The translations under genes were made by a program, and so were the position numbers. Under the pieces are notes generated by a model, which was given only the letters and a program-made list of their open reading frames with translations, made no database searches and was not told where the DNA came from. Below are positions 19,147 to 30,573 of a stretch of DNA of 64,000 bases, piece after piece. Source of the DNA: Salinispira sp. (GTDB lineage: Bacteria > Spirochaetota > Spirochaetia > DSM-27196 > Salinispiraceae); contig OZ271918.1 of assembly GCA_965602015.1 (NCBI GenBank), positions 3,392,001 to 3,456,000 on the forward strand, written 5' to 3'. Position 1 is the first letter of the stretch. Every line of letters starts with the position of its first letter.

Positions 19147-20520
19147 CTATGAATCAACTGTCAAATCATTTATCCAGCGCCCGCTTTGGGTGCGGACAAC
19201 TCCTACATAGCTTTTTACAATTTCCTCAGAACTGGCCAGGAAAAAAACCAGCATCGGCGGCCATTTCAGAACGAGCCCGCTGAGAAGGGCGAGGGGCAGC
19301 CCGATGAGCCACACGCCGCCCACATCCATTATCAGGCTGAACCGGGTGTCCCCGCCCCCGCGCATAATTGCCACTATCTGAACCAGAGACAGGGCCTTAA
19401 ACGGGAACAGCATAGCGATGACGATGATAAAGTTCCTGGCATAGCGCAGGGTCGACGGCGAGACGTTAAAAAGCCTGGGGATAAACGGAGACGATGCGGC
19501 CAGGATTACTCCGGCTGCAGCGCCCACTGCCGGGGCAAGCCAGGTGAAATTGGCGGCAATTTTTACCGCATCCTGCTTTTTCCCCGCGCCGATGCTGTTG
19601 CCTATCATTATGTAACCGCTGTTGCCCATCCCGATAAATACCACCAGAACCAGTCGGAAAACCGTATCGGCTATGTTTCGCGCCGCAAGGACTTCGGTGC
19701 TGATCCGGGCGAACACGGCGTTGAACAGCGAGATGCCCACCGACCATCCGATCTCATTGATGATGACCGGGAATGCGGTTTTTACTATGCGTCGAAGAAG
19801 TCCGGCCTCACGGATGAGCATTTCAGCGAAGGTGCCCGCCGCGGCATGCCGTCCCCGATATGCGAACAACACCATCAGCAAGGCCTGTAATGCCCGGGCA
19901 ATAACTGTTCCAAGGGCTGCGCCGCGGATTCCCATCTGGGGAAAACCAAGCTTGCCGAAAATGAGGACGTAGTTGAGGGCCGCGTTGACAAAAAGCCCTG
20001 CGGCGGTTGCGTAAAGGGGAAGCCGGGTTTCTCCGCAGGAGCGCAGACCCATGGCGTAGGTAATGGCGACGGCGGTAAACGGATAGGAAGCCGCGGCTAT
20101 TCGCAGGTAGCCGCTTCCCGTAGAGATTACCGTTGGATCGTCGGTAAAAATACCCAGCAGCATTTCGGGAGCCAGAATGGCGGCTGAGCTTACAAGAGCG
20201 GCGCCGATTATCCCCAGGACCAGGCTGACCCCCATGCTCTGGCGAATCCGCGGGATGTCCTTCTTGCCCCAAAACTGGCTGACGAAAATGCCCACTCCGG
20301 AGCTCACTCCGAACAGCATGAGGAGTACGATGAAGTAGATCTGGTTCCCCAGGGCAACCGAAGCCAGGCTTATCTCGCCCAGGCGGCCAATCATGAAGGT
20401 GTCGAGGAAGTTCACCGACGACTCCAGAAAACTTTGAGCGGCAACCGGAATGCCCAGGGACAGAAGGGTTCGTATGTAGTCTCCCGAGAAGTCCGGCTTG
20501 AGAGAAATGGATTTTTTCAC
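19147..20520 (-). CDS. MATE-family efflux transporter
   Basis: DTFMIGRLG, SQFWG, LNYVLIFG.LG.P.MGI.GAA.GT, RGGGDT. Confidence 0.92.
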   Translation of the reverse strand: MKKSISLKPDFSGDYIRTLLSLGIPVAAQSFLESSVNFLDTFMIGRLGEISLASVALGNQIYFIVLLMLFGVSSGVGIFVSQFWGKKDIPRIRQSMGVSLVLGIIGAALVSSAAILAPEMLLGIFTDDPTVISTGSGYLRIAAASYPFTAVAITYAMGLRSCGETRLPLYATAAGLFVNAALNYVLIFGKLGFPQMGIRGAALGTVIARALQALLMVLFAYRGRHAAAGTFAEMLIREAGLLRRIVKTAFPVIINEIGWSVGISLFNAVFARISTEVLAARNIADTVFRLVLVVFIGMGNSGYIMIGNSIGAGKKQDAVKIAANFTWLAPAVGAAAGVILAASSPFIPRLFNVSPSTLRYARNFIIVIAMLFPFKALSLVQIVAIMRGGGDTRFSLIMDVGGVWLIGLPLALLSGLVLKWPPMLVFFLASSEEIVKSYVGVVRTQSGRWINDLTVDS

Positions 20521-20526
20521 GTCGCT

Positions 20527-21597
20527 TTATCCTGAAATGACGCAGCGATTGCGCCCCAGGTCCTTGGCCCGGTAAAGCGCCGCGTCAAGACGCTTGATAA
20601 AAGCCTCGGGACTTTCATCCTTTTTGAGTTGCCCGACGCCCATACTTACGGTGGTACCTGTTGAAGACCGGGTATCACCGTCGACGCTGATATGTTCTAC
20701 TTCGCTGCGCACCCGTTCGGCGACGACCTTTGCGGCGGAGAGGTCAGTATCCGGCAGGATGATGAGGAATTCCTCGCCTCCGTAGCGGCCGAGGCTGTCG
20801 GTAATCCTCAGTTTGGTAAGGCTTCTGCGAACGAATTCCTTGAGTACCGCATCACCGATGTCGTGGCCGAATTCGTCATTGATCGCTTTAAAGTGGTCCA
20901 AATCCGCTATCAGGGCGCTGAGCGGGGCGTGATAGCGGGTAAAGCGCTGGATTTCCTGCTCGAGAATGCCGTTGATGCTCCGGCGGTTGTGACAGCCGGT
21001 GAGAAAGTCCCGGGTTGACAGCAGCAGGAGCTCCTGGTTTGCCTTTATGAGTTTATCTGAGGCCATTTTGGCGTTTTCCGCGTACTGGTTCCTCATGTTT
21101 TCAAATATCATCAGAAAACTCGAGAGAGCAACCAGTGATCCGAAGAATATAAGGAAGTACAACGCTCCATAATGCCGGGGGATAATGCCGGCGACAGAGA
21201 GAAGGTAGACTACGTTAATCAGCAGGCCATGGGCGATGGCGTACTTCAAGCCTTCCCTGGTGCCCTTGAGGTAAAAAGCGAATACCGGAACGAAGTACGA
21301 CCACACGGGGCCGGTTCCATCTATTCCCCCTTCGTAAAAAATCATCAAGGTGAAGGTTATATACGGTATGAGAATGAAATTTCCCGCCCGTTCGAAGTTC
21401 GGGCTTCTTCTCAGAAGCACCACATTGACGGCGCTGACGATGAGCAGCAGAACAAGGATTACACTTATCAGGTAACGGCCTATGAGGATATCCACAATGG
21501 TGAACAGGGTGAGGAACAGAATAATGAAGTATGAGAATATGGTGATTATCTGCAGTCGGCGCTTATGCTCGATATTCTCAATATCTGTGTGATCCAT
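20527..21597 (-). CDS. Membrane-bound diguanylate cyclase
   Basis: N-terminal TM helices; DLDHFK.IND.FGH..GD, RYGGEEF. Confidence 0.92.
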   Translation of the reverse strand: MDHTDIENIEHKRRLQIITIFSYFIILFLTLFTIVDILIGRYLISVILVLLLIVSAVNVVLLRRSPNFERAGNFILIPYITFTLMIFYEGGIDGTGPVWSYFVPVFAFYLKGTREGLKYAIAHGLLINVVYLLSVAGIIPRHYGALYFLIFFGSLVALSSFLMIFENMRNQYAENAKMASDKLIKANQELLLLSTRDFLTGCHNRRSINGILEQEIQRFTRYHAPLSALIADLDHFKAINDEFGHDIGDAVLKEFVRRSLTKLRITDSLGRYGGEEFLIILPDTDLSAAKVVAERVRSEVEHISVDGDTRSSTGTTVSMGVGQLKKDESPEAFIKRLDAALYRAKDLGRNRCVISG

Positions 21598-21650
21598 ACC
21601 GGAAAAGTATAGTTCTTTACCGGAAATCCTGCCAGCTAAACGGCACGAGG

Positions 21651-22478
21651 CTATTGGCCATTCCGCTCATCGTAGGCATAGAGCGAACTGCCCCCCGCGA
21701 AGCGGGCGATTATTGTTTCCGCCAGATCGGGAAAGAGACGATAGAACAGGTGGAGAATTTTACCGGGCAGGGTCATGACGATTCTACGCTTTCTCCTGCT
21801 TACCAGCCGGAAACACGCCCGTGCCACGTCTTCCTGGCTGTTGGCGGTTTTCTCCCGCTTGAGGGGAATCAGTTCTCCCTTTTCATTGTACATCATTTTG
21901 TCCTCGTCATTTGCGGTGAACGAGACGTATAAAACGCCGACGTGAACCGCCGGAGATAACTCCATACGCAAGGATTCTCCCAGGGCGGTAAGGGCCATCT
22001 TGGCAGTGCAGTACGGGGCAACCGCCGGCAGGCCTTTTAACCCAGCCAGGCTGGAAATAAACGACACGCTTCCCCCTGATTTTTTGAGCTCACCCAGGGC
22101 CAGACGCGTCATATTCACGGCTCCGGAGAAGTTTACATCGTTGATCTTGTGAAAAAGTTCGAGATCAATGCTGTCAAAGCGCCCCCGCATGGTCATGCCC
22201 GCGTTGTTTACCAGGACATCGATGCGTCCGAACTCGGCTACCACCGCGTCGACGGCAGCCTGACATTGGGAACGGTCGGTGACATCGCAGCGGATGGCGA
22301 TGGTTTGGACACCATCTCGTTCGAAGTCGTCCTTGGTAGCCAGAAGAACATGTTCATGACGCCCGCAGATTGCAATCCGGTATCCCTTTTTGCCGAAAAA
22401 CCGGGCAATTTCCCGTCCGATGCCCCGGCCGCCACCGGTCACCAGGGCGACTTTTTTACTGGTATCTTTTGGTTTCAC
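21651..22478 (-). CDS. Short-chain dehydrogenase/reductase
   Basis: TGGGRGIG, NNAG, YCTAK; GTG start overlapping the upstream stop. Confidence 0.9.
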   Translation of the reverse strand: MKPKDTSKKVALVTGGGRGIGREIARFFGKKGYRIAICGRHEHVLLATKDDFERDGVQTIAIRCDVTDRSQCQAAVDAVVAEFGRIDVLVNNAGMTMRGRFDSIDLELFHKINDVNFSGAVNMTRLALGELKKSGGSVSFISSLAGLKGLPAVAPYCTAKMALTALGESLRMELSPAVHVGVLYVSFTANDEDKMMYNEKGELIPLKREKTANSQEDVARACFRLVSRRKRRIVMTLPGKILHLFYRLFPDLAETIIARFAGGSSLYAYDERNGQ

Positions 22479-23485
22479 TTTTTCACCTCTCCGGTATATC
22501 CCCGTTCCCTCATCCAGGCAAAACACTCGGATGCGGCCTCGTCGATTGACAACTGGGGAAGATCGAGTTCGGTCATCGCCTTCCGGGATGAGTAATAGCA
22601 GTCCGCGTTGGCAATTCTGGCCATTGCCCGGCTGATGGTCGGAGCTTTGCCACTGATCGAAGCCCAGAGGGACCCCAGGGTGCCGCTGAGCAGCACCAGC
22701 CATGCGGGAAAATCAAAACGCGGAGTCGTCACCCCCAGAACCGACGAGAATCGGTCGAAGGCCTGGCGGTAACTCAAATTTTCTCCCCCGCAGATATAAC
22801 AATGGCCGTTGCGCCCCTTTTCCAATGCGGTCACCGCAGCGCGGGCCACAGCGGAGGCGGCGACGTAATTTTTTCCGCCGGGAGAAGCTCCGGGGGATTT
22901 GCCTTCGCTTAGTGCCAGCAGCATGGCGCCGGCTCCGGGTTTGCTGTCGAAGGCGCCGAGCATAAACGTCGGATTTATAATGCTGACGGGCAGACCTCGT
23001 TTTTCCCAGGCGATCAGGAGCAGCTCCTGCGCTTTTTGCTTTGAATCCTGGTAATCCAGACGGTAGATATGGTCAGTATAGGGATTTTCTTCGGTGCCCG
23101 GAGAATCAAGGCTTCCGGGGCCGAAGGAGTTGGCGGTGCCGATGTGGACCAGTTTTTTTAGGCCCTTGGCCAGAACGGCTTCGATGAGCAGGGCAACCGC
23201 GTCGTAGTTCACCTTCCAGATAGCCGGGGATCGTCCCGGCCAGATTTGTGTGCTGGCAGCGCAGTGAATCACGCCATCGCTTTCATTGAGGCCGGATTCG
23301 ATACTGCGGTAGTCGGTGATATCGCCGTAGAATTTTTCAATGTCAAGGCCGTCCAGCGTGCCGGTCTCCCTGCCTTCCTGAAGGAAGGCCTTCACCTCGT
23401 ACCCCCGGCTTAGCAGTTCCCGGCAAATATGGCTCCCGAGCATACCGTCGGCGCCGGTGACCAGAATTTTCGTACTATTTTTCAT
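22475..23485 (-). CDS. NAD-dependent epimerase/dehydratase (dihydroflavonol-reductase-like)
   Basis: VTGADGMLG, HCAA, YQDSK. Confidence 0.88.
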   Translation of the reverse strand: MKNSTKILVTGADGMLGSHICRELLSRGYEVKAFLQEGRETGTLDGLDIEKFYGDITDYRSIESGLNESDGVIHCAASTQIWPGRSPAIWKVNYDAVALLIEAVLAKGLKKLVHIGTANSFGPGSLDSPGTEENPYTDHIYRLDYQDSKQKAQELLLIAWEKRGLPVSIINPTFMLGAFDSKPGAGAMLLALSEGKSPGASPGGKNYVAASAVARAAVTALEKGRNGHCYICGGENLSYRQAFDRFSSVLGVTTPRFDFPAWLVLLSGTLGSLWASISGKAPTISRAMARIANADCYYSSRKAMTELDLPQLSIDEAASECFAWMRERGYTGEVKK

Positions 23486-23580
23486 TAGATCATCAAAATA
23501 TACCTGACCTGATAAAAACGCCAGTACCTATTTCCCGGGAAGCTCTCGCGGCCTTGATTATCGGGCCGGCAGCGAGAATA

Positions 23581-25602
23581 ATGCCGGATATGTTTTCCAT
23601 CTGGAAGAAGGGAAAGGACAAACAAAAAAAGAAGCCGCACATGGCAGGTTTGGCACTGTTGGCGATCATTGCCTGTGCGGCCGTCATTTTTCCGGCTAAT
23701 GCAATAATCAGACGCTATGTGCTGACAGAAATTCGCTCCCGTGCGGAAGAACGGGGTTTCGAGCTTTCCATGGATTCCCCCCGGCTCAACATCTTCCTCG
23801 GCAGGTTTTCCGCCGAGCTTATTTCCCTGAGCCGGGAGCCGGGAAGTAAAATAACCGCTGTCGATGTATCGATTACCATCCGGGTAATCCCTTACGCACG
23901 CCTTGCTCTTGGCGGTATTTCGCTTCCCGCGGCGCCGATCGACCGGATGTGGCGGGTGCACGAGTGGTGGACATTTGCCCGGGCTTTGGAAGATTCGGGA
24001 CTTCTCCCCAGGCGGTTCACCCTAGGCGCTCTTGAGTGGGGAGCCGAGTCTATCGGATTTGAACTAACACATCGACGAAACGCAATCGCTCTCGACTTCG
24101 CCGGGACCAGCCTGCGCCTCAATGAAGCTTTTGAGGTCTACGGAACAGTATCGCTTCGCCCCTCAGTCCGGACTCTGGATGGAACGCTCTCCTTAAGCTC
24201 CCCTGGCGCAATTCAGGCTGATGTGCAGATAGGCACGGAGCACGACGGTGCACGGTTTCCCTTACAGGGCACAATGTTGCTGGCTCCGGCAAAACTCCTG
24301 GAAGCGGAATGGATGCCGGATCTCGAGACGGAATTCCGATTTAAAGGATATGCCGACCCTGGAGCGGCTTTAGGGATTCGCCGGGTTCAGGCCCAATCAT
24401 ATCCGCCTCCGCCCGCTCCCCGGGGTTATATTCGCCTGGAGGACGGAGAAGTGCTGGTAAGGGGAGAAGGTTCGCTCATCGAGGGCAGGGTCGATGTGGA
24501 AATCACCGGATTATTCTTCGAAAACCCCGCTGTAGCCGAGAGGCGGAGCAGCGTACTTCCCGAACGGGTGCGCGTGGATTTTGCCGGCGACGGTATTGCT
24601 GCCCAGGATCTTCTCGACCTGGTTCCCGAGGATCTGTTAGGACCCTTGTCGGCCGCCACCGTGGCCGGGAATCTCGGCGGAAGGGCTTCGGTGGATATTC
24701 CTCTGGGGGACTTGGGAGGTATGGATTGGGAGATTGATTTTGATTCCGAAGACTTCTCTGTTCTGAAGCTGCCGGCGGTATATGACGTATTCAAACTCGC
24801 CGGAAGCTTTACCCACCGCATCGCAGATGAGGCCGTGGACTTTGAGCGGCTTGTGGAAATACCCGAATATCGGCCGGCATCCCTCGAGTGGATGCTCCTG
24901 CACAGCGAGCGCAGCGCCGCGTGGGCTCAAGATCAGAGAGAAGACTTTTTGACCCTCATTGAGGAGCTGTCCGCAACTCCCTTCCTCCCGGGGTCCGATG
25001 CTCAAGGCGACCGGTCTTACCGCTATGTCCGCCTTGACGATATATCGCGCTGGGCAATTTCGGCGATTCTCACCGCAGAAGACGGAGACTTCTTTTTTCA
25101 CAGCGGCCTTGATTGGAACACCTTCAGCGATGCCCTTGCCCGCAACCTGGCCGAAGGCGATATCGTCCTCGGCGCGAGCACCATCAGCATGCAGCTGATA
25201 AAAAATATTTTCCTCAGCTCGGACAGGGAATTTGCCCGGAAGGTTCAGGAGATACTTCTTGTATATCTCCTTGAAGAATACATCGGCGTGCCAAAGGACC
25301 GAATACTCGAGATATACCTGAATATTGCGGAATTCGGCCCGGGAATTTTCGGCATCTACGACGCAAGTGCATACTATTTTGACCTGCACCCCCGCGATTT
25401 AAGCGCGGGCCAGGCGGTATGGCTGGCAAGCATTCTGCCTTCACCGAAACGATACCACCGGTATTACACCGCCGGGGGAATCTCTCCCGGCTGGTTCGAA
25501 TGGATGACGTGGAATTTCGATACCATGCTCAAGAGGGGCAGGATGACCGAGGCCGAACACGCCGAGGCAACATCCCGGATTCCCCTGTTTTCATATCGGT
25601 GA
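23581..25602 (+). CDS. Membrane-anchored protein with C-terminal GT51 peptidoglycan transglycosylase domain
   Basis: ED.DFF.H.G, GASTISMQLIKN, RK.QE, K.RILEIYLN; no transpeptidase domain; start uncertain. Confidence 0.85.
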   Translation: MPDMFSIWKKGKDKQKKKPHMAGLALLAIIACAAVIFPANAIIRRYVLTEIRSRAEERGFELSMDSPRLNIFLGRFSAELISLSREPGSKITAVDVSITIRVIPYARLALGGISLPAAPIDRMWRVHEWWTFARALEDSGLLPRRFTLGALEWGAESIGFELTHRRNAIALDFAGTSLRLNEAFEVYGTVSLRPSVRTLDGTLSLSSPGAIQADVQIGTEHDGARFPLQGTMLLAPAKLLEAEWMPDLETEFRFKGYADPGAALGIRRVQAQSYPPPPAPRGYIRLEDGEVLVRGEGSLIEGRVDVEITGLFFENPAVAERRSSVLPERVRVDFAGDGIAAQDLLDLVPEDLLGPLSAATVAGNLGGRASVDIPLGDLGGMDWEIDFDSEDFSVLKLPAVYDVFKLAGSFTHRIADEAVDFERLVEIPEYRPASLEWMLLHSERSAAWAQDQREDFLTLIEELSATPFLPGSDAQGDRSYRYVRLDDISRWAISAILTAEDGDFFFHSGLDWNTFSDALARNLAEGDIVLGASTISMQLIKNIFLSSDREFARKVQEILLVYLLEEYIGVPKDRILEIYLNIAEFGPGIFGIYDASAYYFDLHPRDLSAGQAVWLASILPSPKRYHRYYTAGGISPGWFEWMTWNFDTMLKRGRMTEAEHAEATSRIPLFSYR

Positions 25603-25659
25603 CAAAATCCGCTCTCCGATCTGTTGTAAGGGCAGGTAAAACGGCAACATGGAGGAATC

Positions 25660-26505
25660 ATGAACTCAGCCACGACCAGAATACTCATTGTGCTTCTGGC
25701 CCTTGCGGCCCTCAGCAGCCCCCTGTTCTCCGAGGGAGTGTCCGAGAGGCGTGGGTTATCACCTGAAGAATTTTCACAAATCAACGGGTTTTCCCGTGTT
25801 ATAAACGAGAGTCCGGCGGATATCCGGATTACGCTGGAAGAGCCTTTCTCCATACGATTTGAAGGCAGCAGCGAGAGCCGGGAGAACATGTATATTACCC
25901 AGGATGGTGATGAAATCCGCATCCTCCAGCGTCCCGGACGGATAAACCGCGGGTTCAGGGGCTCCGCAACTCTGTATATCAGCATGCCCCGGTTGGAGTA
26001 TCTGCACAACGGCGGCACCGGTGACGCCGCGGTTCAGGGCGTCATCCGAAACAGCAGCCTTGAAATTATCAACAGCGGCACCGGAGACCTGGCTGCCCAG
26101 GCCAGGGTCGAAGAGTTTTCCGCAGTGCTTTCGGGAACCGGCGATATGGACCTCAGGGTAATTTCCGAGGAGGCTGATATCCGCCTCACCGGCACGGGAG
26201 ATTGCCGGATTGCCCTGGTAAGCCGGAACAGCTCCCTGACTCTCACCGGAGTCGGGGATATTCTCGCCGAAGGCGAAAGCGAGAGGGCGAATCTCCGCCT
26301 TACCGGAGCCGGAGCATTCCGCGGCCGGAATTTTTCTGTGGACGAGCTGTCGGCAGCCCTCACCGGCGCCGGCTCTGCCCTGCTCAGAGTCCGGGAGGAG
26401 ATTGACGCAAGACTGACGGGAGTCGGCAATCTCAGCGTTATCGGCTCGGCGGAAATTACCGAGTTGGTTCAGACGGGTATCGGTCGGCTCGTCAGAATTG
26501 ACTGA
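25660..26505 (+). CDS. Exported GIN/DUF2807-like beta-helix protein
   Basis: Signal peptide; repeated L(S/T)G(T/A/V)G(D/S/N) units. Confidence 0.8.
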   Translation: MNSATTRILIVLLALAALSSPLFSEGVSERRGLSPEEFSQINGFSRVINESPADIRITLEEPFSIRFEGSSESRENMYITQDGDEIRILQRPGRINRGFRGSATLYISMPRLEYLHNGGTGDAAVQGVIRNSSLEIINSGTGDLAAQARVEEFSAVLSGTGDMDLRVISEEADIRLTGTGDCRIALVSRNSSLTLTGVGDILAEGESERANLRLTGAGAFRGRNFSVDELSAALTGAGSALLRVREEIDARLTGVGNLSVIGSAEITELVQTGIGRLVRID

Positions 26506-27602
26506 GAGTCAGTAAACCGGCCACAACCTGCCAGATCAGCTTGGCTGCGAGCTTGGCGGTCTGGCTGTCTTTGTCTTTCTCAGGCAACAGCTCCACCACA
26601 TCCATCGACACCAGCTTCCCTGATTGCATAACTTCGTCGATAATCACCATGGCGCTCATCGGGCTTATTCCCATGGGACTGGCCGCACTGACGCCCGGTG
26701 CATAGGCTGATGAAAATGCGTCGAGATCGATGCTGAGATAGACCGACTCAGCCCCCCGTATAAAAGTGCTTATCAGATCCGGAACCCGGCCGGTGTTCGC
26801 GCAGCGCTCGAGCTCCCGCCAATTCACCCAGCTCGCCCCCAGGTTTTTTGCGTGTTTCCGTAAAAACACTGTGTTTCCATCATCCTGAATTCCCGCCGCC
26901 AGGTATCTGAACTCCAGTCCGCTCGCTCTGCAGAGTTCGGCGGCCTGGTCGAAGGGAGTTCCGCTTGTTCCCGGCCGGTCGGGCCGCAGATCTAGGTGGG
27001 CGTCAATGTTGAGGATTGAGGGGGGAGATACTTTTCCACGGGTTTCCCCGCCCGTCAGTCCGGCAAAATGGCCCCATGCTGTTTCGTGGCCACCGCCCAG
27101 AACGATGACGAAAAATCCCGCCTCCCTCAAGGCGCGCACTCCACCGGCGAGCAGGTCCTGGGCTTCCTCCAGGGCTCCTGAAGGCTCCTGGGGGCAGACG
27201 ATGGTACCGGCATCCAGAATCACCGGGACCCCGGAGGCGTAGCCCGCCGCCGCGTTTCCCTTGCCTGAGGTGTGGGCAGCATCCCCCGGCCGAGGCAGAG
27301 AAGCCAAGGCCCGGCGGATTGCATCGGGTCCATCGGCGGCCCCGGGAATGCCCTGATTCCTGATAACTCCGCGATCACAGGCGAAACCCAACAGGGCAAT
27401 TGAGGGTACACGGCGGGGGAGGTCATTTTTGGTGTTATCTCCCGCTGGCAGTTTTATCTCGGTGAGACCATTATCGGGGTGGCCATTATCGGGTAGACCA
27501 TCATTGGGAAGGCGGATTATTTGATGAAGCCTGAAGGCCCGGCTGTCCGTGAGGCTGTCGATTCGGCCCTGCCAGTTTTTCCTGTCGGGGTTCCGGTACA
27601 TG
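26492..27602 (-). CDS. hutG: Formimidoylglutamase
   Basis: WQGR.D, GGGHETA, DAHLDLR, SIDLD, APGVSA; hut context. Confidence 0.9.
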
Positions 27603-27629
27603 GGGTGGGCTCGCAGCGCTGAAAATCCT

Positions 27630-28916
27630 TCAATATGCACGACGTCCGTCCTTCCACACAGCGAAGGGCCTTAGCTCTCCCTGGGCCCATAAAACTTCCT
27701 TCCAGTCCCCCTGGAAAGAGATAAAATCGGCCCTCTTGCCGGCGGCCAGTACGCCCCGGTCGTCGAGTTCCAGGGCTGCCGCCGCCCGGCTGGTCATGCC
27801 GGCCCACAGTTCCGCCATGGTAAGTTTTTCATAGGCACCCAAAACGGAGGCCTGCAGGATCAGGTTGCCGTTCGGGGCCGATCCGGGGTTCCAGTCGCTG
27901 GCGATGGCCAGGCTCGCTCCGCCGTCCAGCAGGCGCCGCGCCGGGGCGAAGGGCTCGCCAAGCCCAATGGACGCTCCGGGGAGGGCTACCGCCGTGGTAG
28001 GGGATTCACAGAGGCGTCGCAGATCGGGTTCTTCAATATGTTCCAGATGGTCAACCGACACCGCCCTCATCTCCACAGCAAGGCTGGCTCCGCCGGAACT
28101 GAACTGGTCGCCGTGTATGACGATGGAGAATCCCTGGTTTTTGGCGCTCCGCAGGTAATCCGCCGCCTCCAGTGGAGAAAAGGCGCCTTCCTCCACAAAA
28201 ATATCAACCCGCGCCGCCAGACCGCGCCGGAGGACCAGGGGCAATAGCTGTTCGGCCATGAGATCCAGATAATCCCGGTCTGACATTCCGCTGTCCGGCG
28301 GATTTTTGTGGGCCGCGAGACAGGTGGGGATGAGCCGGGGTACGTTATTCTGCCGGGATGCTTTGCTTATTACCTCCAGCATTGTCAGTTCGCTTTCCAC
28401 CGACAGTCCATATCCGCTTTTAACCTCGCAGCTGGTCACTCCCCTGCGCAGATGTTCTGCGGCACGCATTGCGAGCTTGGAGGTCAGATCTTCCTCGGAT
28501 GCCTGGCGAACCGCGCTGACCGTGCGCATAATCCCGCCTCCGGCTGCCATTATTTCCTGGTAGCTGGAGCCCGACAGCCGGGCGGCGAAATCCGCGCAGC
28601 GGGAACCCGCCCACAGCATGTGGGTGTGGCAGTCCACCAGGCCCGGGAAACCGCAGCTTCCCGGGGGTAGCTCATCAACCGTCGCGGAAGGCCAGCGTCG
28701 GCGAAGCACATCAAAATCATCAATTTCGAGTATTCGGGAGCCGGTCCCCGTAGCATGCAGGATGCCCGCATTGTGGATAACCGGCAGCTGCCTGTCCTCA
28801 AGGGGACCCTTGGGCGGTATGCCGTCCATGGTTATAAGCTGGGAGAAGGGTCCCGTAAGCCGGGCACCGGGGTCATGGGAGGCCGTATCGGCGTTTATGC
28901 TTTCAAAACCGGACAT
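27630..28916 (-). CDS. hutI: Imidazolonepropionase
   Basis: [33 protein letters not shown]. Confidence 0.92.
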   Translation of the reverse strand: MSGFESINADTASHDPGARLTGPFSQLITMDGIPPKGPLEDRQLPVIHNAGILHATGTGSRILEIDDFDVLRRRWPSATVDELPPGSCGFPGLVDCHTHMLWAGSRCADFAARLSGSSYQEIMAAGGGIMRTVSAVRQASEEDLTSKLAMRAAEHLRRGVTSCEVKSGYGLSVESELTMLEVISKASRQNNVPRLIPTCLAAHKNPPDSGMSDRDYLDLMAEQLLPLVLRRGLAARVDIFVEEGAFSPLEAADYLRSAKNQGFSIVIHGDQFSSGGASLAVEMRAVSVDHLEHIEEPDLRRLCESPTTAVALPGASIGLGEPFAPARRLLDGGASLAIASDWNPGSAPNGNLILQASVLGAYEKLTMAELWAGMTSRAAAALELDDRGVLAAGKRADFISFQGDWKEVLWAQGELRPFAVWKDGRRAY

Positions 28917-30573
28917 TCTGACTCTCGCCGAAGGATCTGGCTTTAGGGTAGCCCGCCGAGGCATGACGGAATATTCCCATGGCCGGATCGTTGTACAGTA
29001 CCCGTCGTATGCATTCCTCCGCCCGGGCCGTTCCGTCGGCCAGCACGACCTGTCCCGCATGCTGGCTGTAGCCGATGCCCACGCCCCCGCCGTGATGGAA
29101 ACTTACCCATGTTGCCCCGCCGCCAGTGTTCGCCATGAGGTTGAGCAGGGGCCAGTCGGAGACCGCGTCGCTGCCGTCCTTCATGCCTTCGGTCTCCCGG
29201 TTCGGGCTGGCCACGGATCCGCAGTCCAAATGGTCCCGGCCGATTACGATGGGCCCCTTAACCCGTTTCTCCGCAACGAGCTTGTTAAAGAGTAATCCGG
29301 CCTTTTCCCGTTCCCCGAGACCCAGCCAACAGATACGGGAGGGCAGTCCCTGGAAGGCGACTTTTTGTTCCGCCTGCCGAAGCCAGGAAATAAGCCCATG
29401 GTTCTCCGGAAAGGCGTCAATCAGCGCCTTGTCGGTAACCGCAATATCGCCCTCATCCCCCGACAGGGCAACCCAGCGAAACGGCCCCTTTCCTTGGCAA
29501 AAAAGCGGGCGGATATAGGCGGGAACAAAGCCCGGATACTCAAATGCCCGGGTCTCGCCACCCTGGCGGGCGAATTCCCTCAAGTTATTGCCGTAATCGA
29601 AGGTGTGGGCCCCCCGCGCCTTGAGGGCAAGCATAAATCCTACATGTCTGGCCATTGACGCTATGGATTTGGATATATATGACTTAGGGTCATTATTTCT
29701 CAAGCTGTGTGCTTCATTGAGAGTCATGCCGTGGGGCACGTATCCCCCCAGGGGATCATGGGCGGAGGTCTGATCGGTGAGCAGGTCGGGGGTAATGCCG
29801 TCGTCGATGAGACGCCCCAGCACATCTCCGATGTCTCCCACCAGCCCCACCGAAAGGGCCCGGCCGTCGTTCCTCGCCGCCAAAACCTGGTCCACGGCTT
29901 CCCGATAGTCCCGGGTCATTACATCGAGATAGCGGGTGTCCAGCCGTTTTTTTATGCGATCGGGATCGATATCAACACCCAGGAATGCGGCTCCCGCCAT
30001 GGTGGCCGCAAGGGGCTGGGCGCCGCCCATTCCTCCCAGACCGCCAGTCACCACCAGGCGCCCCCGCAGGTCGCCGTCGAAATGCTGCTTTCCTGCGGCG
30101 ACGAAGGTCTCGTAGGTGCCCTGCAGTATCCCCTGGGTTCCGATGTATATCCAGCTGCCGGCGGTCATTTGGCCGTACATCATCAGTCCCCGTTGGGCGA
30201 GCTCGTTAAAGTGCTCCCAGGTCGCCCAAGCCGGAACCAGGTTGCTGTTCGCAATATACACCCGGGGCGCCGAGGGATGGGAGCGGACCACGCCGGCAAC
30301 CCGCCCGGATTGGATGAGAAGACTCTGGTCCTCCTCCAGTTCAAGCAGGTGCTCAATGATGTCGCGCAAGTCCTCCGGACTTCTGGCCGCCTGACCGGTT
30401 CCGCCGTAGACCACCAATCGCTCGGGGTCTTCCGCGACCTGGGCGTCAAGATTGTTGAGCAGCATGCGCAACGGCGCCTCGGTCTGCCAGCTTTTTGCAT
30501 GAAGGGTGCTGCCCAGGGGCGAAGTGTAATGGGGATGGTTTGCATAGGTTTTAATAAATTCCGAACTGTTCAT
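28903..30573 (-). CDS. hutU: Urocanate hydratase
   Basis: [39 protein letters not shown]. Confidence 0.96.
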   Translation of the reverse strand: MNSSEFIKTYANHPHYTSPLGSTLHAKSWQTEAPLRMLLNNLDAQVAEDPERLVVYGGTGQAARSPEDLRDIIEHLLELEEDQSLLIQSGRVAGVVRSHPSAPRVYIANSNLVPAWATWEHFNELAQRGLMMYGQMTAGSWIYIGTQGILQGTYETFVAAGKQHFDGDLRGRLVVTGGLGGMGGAQPLAATMAGAAFLGVDIDPDRIKKRLDTRYLDVMTRDYREAVDQVLAARNDGRALSVGLVGDIGDVLGRLIDDGITPDLLTDQTSAHDPLGGYVPHGMTLNEAHSLRNNDPKSYISKSIASMARHVGFMLALKARGAHTFDYGNNLREFARQGGETRAFEYPGFVPAYIRPLFCQGKGPFRWVALSGDEGDIAVTDKALIDAFPENHGLISWLRQAEQKVAFQGLPSRICWLGLGEREKAGLLFNKLVAEKRVKGPIVIGRDHLDCGSVASPNRETEGMKDGSDAVSDWPLLNLMANTGGGATWVSFHHGGGVGIGYSQHAGQVVLADGTARAEECIRRVLYNDPAMGIFRHASAGYPKARSFGESQNVRF